From an uncultured virus (IMG/VR IMGVR_UViG_3300032270_000884) (taxonomy: Duplodnaviria; Heunggongvirae; Uroviricota; Caudoviricetes), in the IMG/VR virus record IMGVR_UViG_3300032270_000884: DNA of 28,982 bases; one strand, 5' to 3'. Each line of letters starts with the position of its first letter. Position 1 is the first letter of the stretch. Made by a program: the position numbers and the translations under genes. The notes beneath the pieces are model-generated. The model was not told the DNA's origin and searched no databases. It saw only the letters and a list, made by a program, of their open reading frames with translations. Of this stretch, positions 26,741-28,982 are shown one piece after another.

Positions 26741-28982
26741 TGGCACAGATTATTGACCTAGGCAAACTTCGGTTTGTCTTTAAAGGGGCATACTCTGGTT
26801 CAACAACCTACGAGCTAAACGATGTGGTTCGTTACGGTGGTAACCTCTATGTTTACAAGTACACACTAGAGACAAGCGCAAACCTCCCAACCAACGCTAC
26901 CTATTGGGACTTGATGCTTGAAGGCATTGACTTTAAAGGCGCTTATAACAACTCAACCGCGTATAAAATTGGTGACCTTGTAAGTGAAGGCGCTAAAGGC
27001 TATATCTGTATTGCAGATTCAACAGGAAACCGTCCACCTAATGGAACGTACTGGACAACAATTGTAGATGGCCTTCAGTACGAAGGCGAATATTCAGGCT
27101 CTACAACTTATCAAGCAGGAGACGTAGTTAGCTACGGCGGTTCTGCATATATCTGTACTCTTCGTACAACTGGAAATGCACCAACAGATACTACTTATTG
27201 GAACTTGTTTGTAGACGGAGCTTACCCAGATCAAACTAATAAAGCAACGTACCTTCTTACAACTAATGGCACTGCCACATCTTGGACAGACGGTGCTACT
27301 CTTACCACACTTGCAACTCGTTCAGACATTACTGTTGGTGGAGACGTTCTTGCTAAGGGAAGCGTTGAAGTTTCTGGTCGTTCAGTGTCTATTACAAACA
27401 AAGCAATTGCTTCTAACACAGCCACTGTAACAGCATCCACTAAACACTACTTTGACATTGGCGACACTGTTACTGTATCTGGCGTAGGCTCTGGTTGGAA
27501 TGGCACTAACATTCTTACTGGCGTAACTGATTACACATTTAGTTTCTTTACTTCTGCCGTAGATGCAGCCTCTTCAGCGGTGTCCCCAGCCGGAACAGGA
27601 ACCGTAGTAGGACACATTGTTGATGGCGGAGATCTTTCCGTAGCGGGCTCTACAACTCTTACAGGTCTTTTAAGCGCTAATGGCGGAATTGCTGTCGACA
27701 CAAACAAATTCACAGTAGACGGTGCTACAGGAGAGACTGTAGTAGACGCTGACTTCCACGTTGAAGGTATTCCTTACCATGGCGCTGGAGCGGTAGCTAT
27801 TGCTGAGAACAATGGTGCTAACGTAAAGTCAACCTCATTTAAGGCCCGTACTTCAAACGTAGCCACGATTACTACCGCGGCAGCTCACGGCTTCTATCCC
27901 TTCCAGTTTGTAACTGTTGCAATTGGTGATGCCACATTTGACGGCGAAGTAGAAATTATTGCTACTCCTACTGCAACTACCTTTACATACGCTAACACAG
28001 GAACTAACTTAGCTTCAACAGCAGCGTCTGGTTCTGGAAAGCAAGTAAGCGCAGTAACTGGCTTTACTAACCTAATGTCCTTTACCACAATTGAAGCGGC
28101 AGACGACTACGCTCAGTTCTCAATCCAAAACACAGGTTCTGGCGTTAACTCTTCTACTGACTTCCAAGCATACGCAGACAATGGAACAGACTTCTCTGGC
28201 TACATTGACATGGGTATTACATCTTCTGTCTTTGCTGACCCAGAGTTCACAATTACCGGTCCTAACGATGGTTACATATTTATGACTGCTCCTGTAGGAA
28301 CTACAGGTAACGGTAACCTTGTCCTTGCAACAGGCGGTCAAGGACTTCAAAACAAAATTGTTTTTGCTGCTGGTGGTCTTGACTCTAACTCTACACAAAT
28401 GGTTATTACACCTGGCCAGAATGTAAAGATCAATATTGCCACCCCATCAACTTCTGCCACTACTGGTGCTTTCCAAGTAGTTGGTGGCGTGGGTATCTCT
28501 GGTGATATGAACATTGCGGGTAACGTTAACATCGTTGGTACTATTTCATTCGGTGGTTCAGGAACAACTGTTACAACTAACAACCTATCTGTTGGTGAGC
28601 CAATGATCTTCTCTGGTGCTGGTAACCAAGCAGATATCCTTGACGAAGGTATGATCTTTGAATACGCAAAGACTGTATCTGCCATTACTAACACAGTAAC
28701 TAATAAAGCTCTTACATCTAACGTAGCAACACTTACTACCGGAACTGCACACACTTACCGTGCCGGTGACGTAGTAGTTGTTTCAAGCGTGGATGCAACC
28801 TTTAACGGTACTTACTCAATCATTGCGGTTCCTACATCAACAACCTTTACTTACGCTAAGACAGCCTCTAACGTAACTTCTGCTGCGGTATCTCCAGTAG
28901 GCGGAACCTCTGTAGCGGCTCGTCGTGAGTTTGCGGGTATGGTTCGTGACGCATCCGATTCAGGTATCTTTAAGGTATTTAC
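26740..28982 (+). CDS. 3'-truncated large tail-fibre/structural protein (not in ORF track)
   Basis: GGAGG plus ATG 26740 (MAQIIDLGKLRFVFKG), apparently open to the window end. Three CBM5/12-like repeats (Y...DVV.YGG..Y...P...YW) and three repeats of a VAT.TT...H....GD.V.V...FNG...TFTY module. Confidence 0.88.
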   Translation, partial: MAQIIDLGKLRFVFKGAYSGSTTYELNDVVRYGGNLYVYKYTLETSANLPTNATYWDLMLEGIDFKGAYNNSTAYKIGDLVSEGAKGYICIADSTGNRPPNGTYWTTIVDGLQYEGEYSGSTTYQAGDVVSYGGSAYICTLRTTGNAPTDTTYWNLFVDGAYPDQTNKATYLLTTNGTATSWTDGATLTTLATRSDITVGGDVLAKGSVEVSGRSVSITNKAIASNTATVTASTKHYFDIGDTVTVSGVGSGWNGTNILTGVTDYTFSFFTSAVDAASSAVSPAGTGTVVGHIVDGGDLSVAGSTTLTGLLSANGGIAVDTNKFTVDGATGETVVDADFHVEGIPYHGAGAVAIAENNGANVKSTSFKARTSNVATITTAAAHGFYPFQFVTVAIGDATFDGEVEIIATPTATTFTYANTGTNLASTAASGSGKQVSAVTGFTNLMSFTTIEAADDYAQFSIQNTGSGVNSSTDFQAYADNGTDFSGYIDMGITSSVFADPEFTITGPNDGYIFMTAPVGTTGNGNLVLATGGQGLQNKIVFAAGGLDSNSTQMVITPGQNVKINIATPSTSATTGAFQVVGGVGISGDMNIAGNVNIVGTISFGGSGTTVTTNNLSVGEPMIFSGAGNQADILDEGMIFEYAKTVSAITNTVTNKALTSNVATLTTGTAHTYRAGDVVVVSSVDATFNGTYSIIAVPTSTTFTYAKTASNVTSAAVSPVGGTSVAARREFAGMVRDASDSGIFKVF

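Noticed and set aside
27231..28754. Short ORFs listed in the last 2 kb
   Set aside because: All lie within the long plus-strand gene starting at 26740 that runs off the window.

Overview
A 29 kb segment of a tailed dsDNA phage (Caudoviricetes). It probably infects a low-GC actinobacterium, judging from the actinobacterial-type lytic transglycosylase, holin-like genes, PASTA-like motif, TGnTAnnnT promoters and a leaderless gene; the host is inferred, not shown. The right half is a morphogenesis module: TerL, portal, scaffold, N4-gp56-like major capsid, head-tail adaptor-like protein, collagen-like fibre and a 3'-truncated fibre gene missing from the ORF track. The left half is accessory. It holds (i) a coupled operon of a 5'-truncated PA14/Pro-rich protein, three small membrane proteins, a lipoprotein and a CHAP hydrolase; (ii) an Hsp20 gene flanked by a ROSE-like thermometer hairpin and an H-type pseudoknot; (iii) the best candidate for a new system, an overlapping operon in which a (Thr-Pro)n, Cys-rich, C-terminal Hint-domain fibre-like protein is followed by three 2OG-Fe(II) oxygenases, a GDP-mannose 3,5-epimerase-like enzyme and an O-fucosyltransferase-like enzyme, suggesting phage-encoded hydroxylation, O-glycosylation and autoprocessing of a virion protein. 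Also seen: a perfect CRP-type palindrome between divergent cell-wall genes and a candidate C/U-rich-loop sRNA upstream of terL. All family calls come from motif recognition by eye; no database searches were run.
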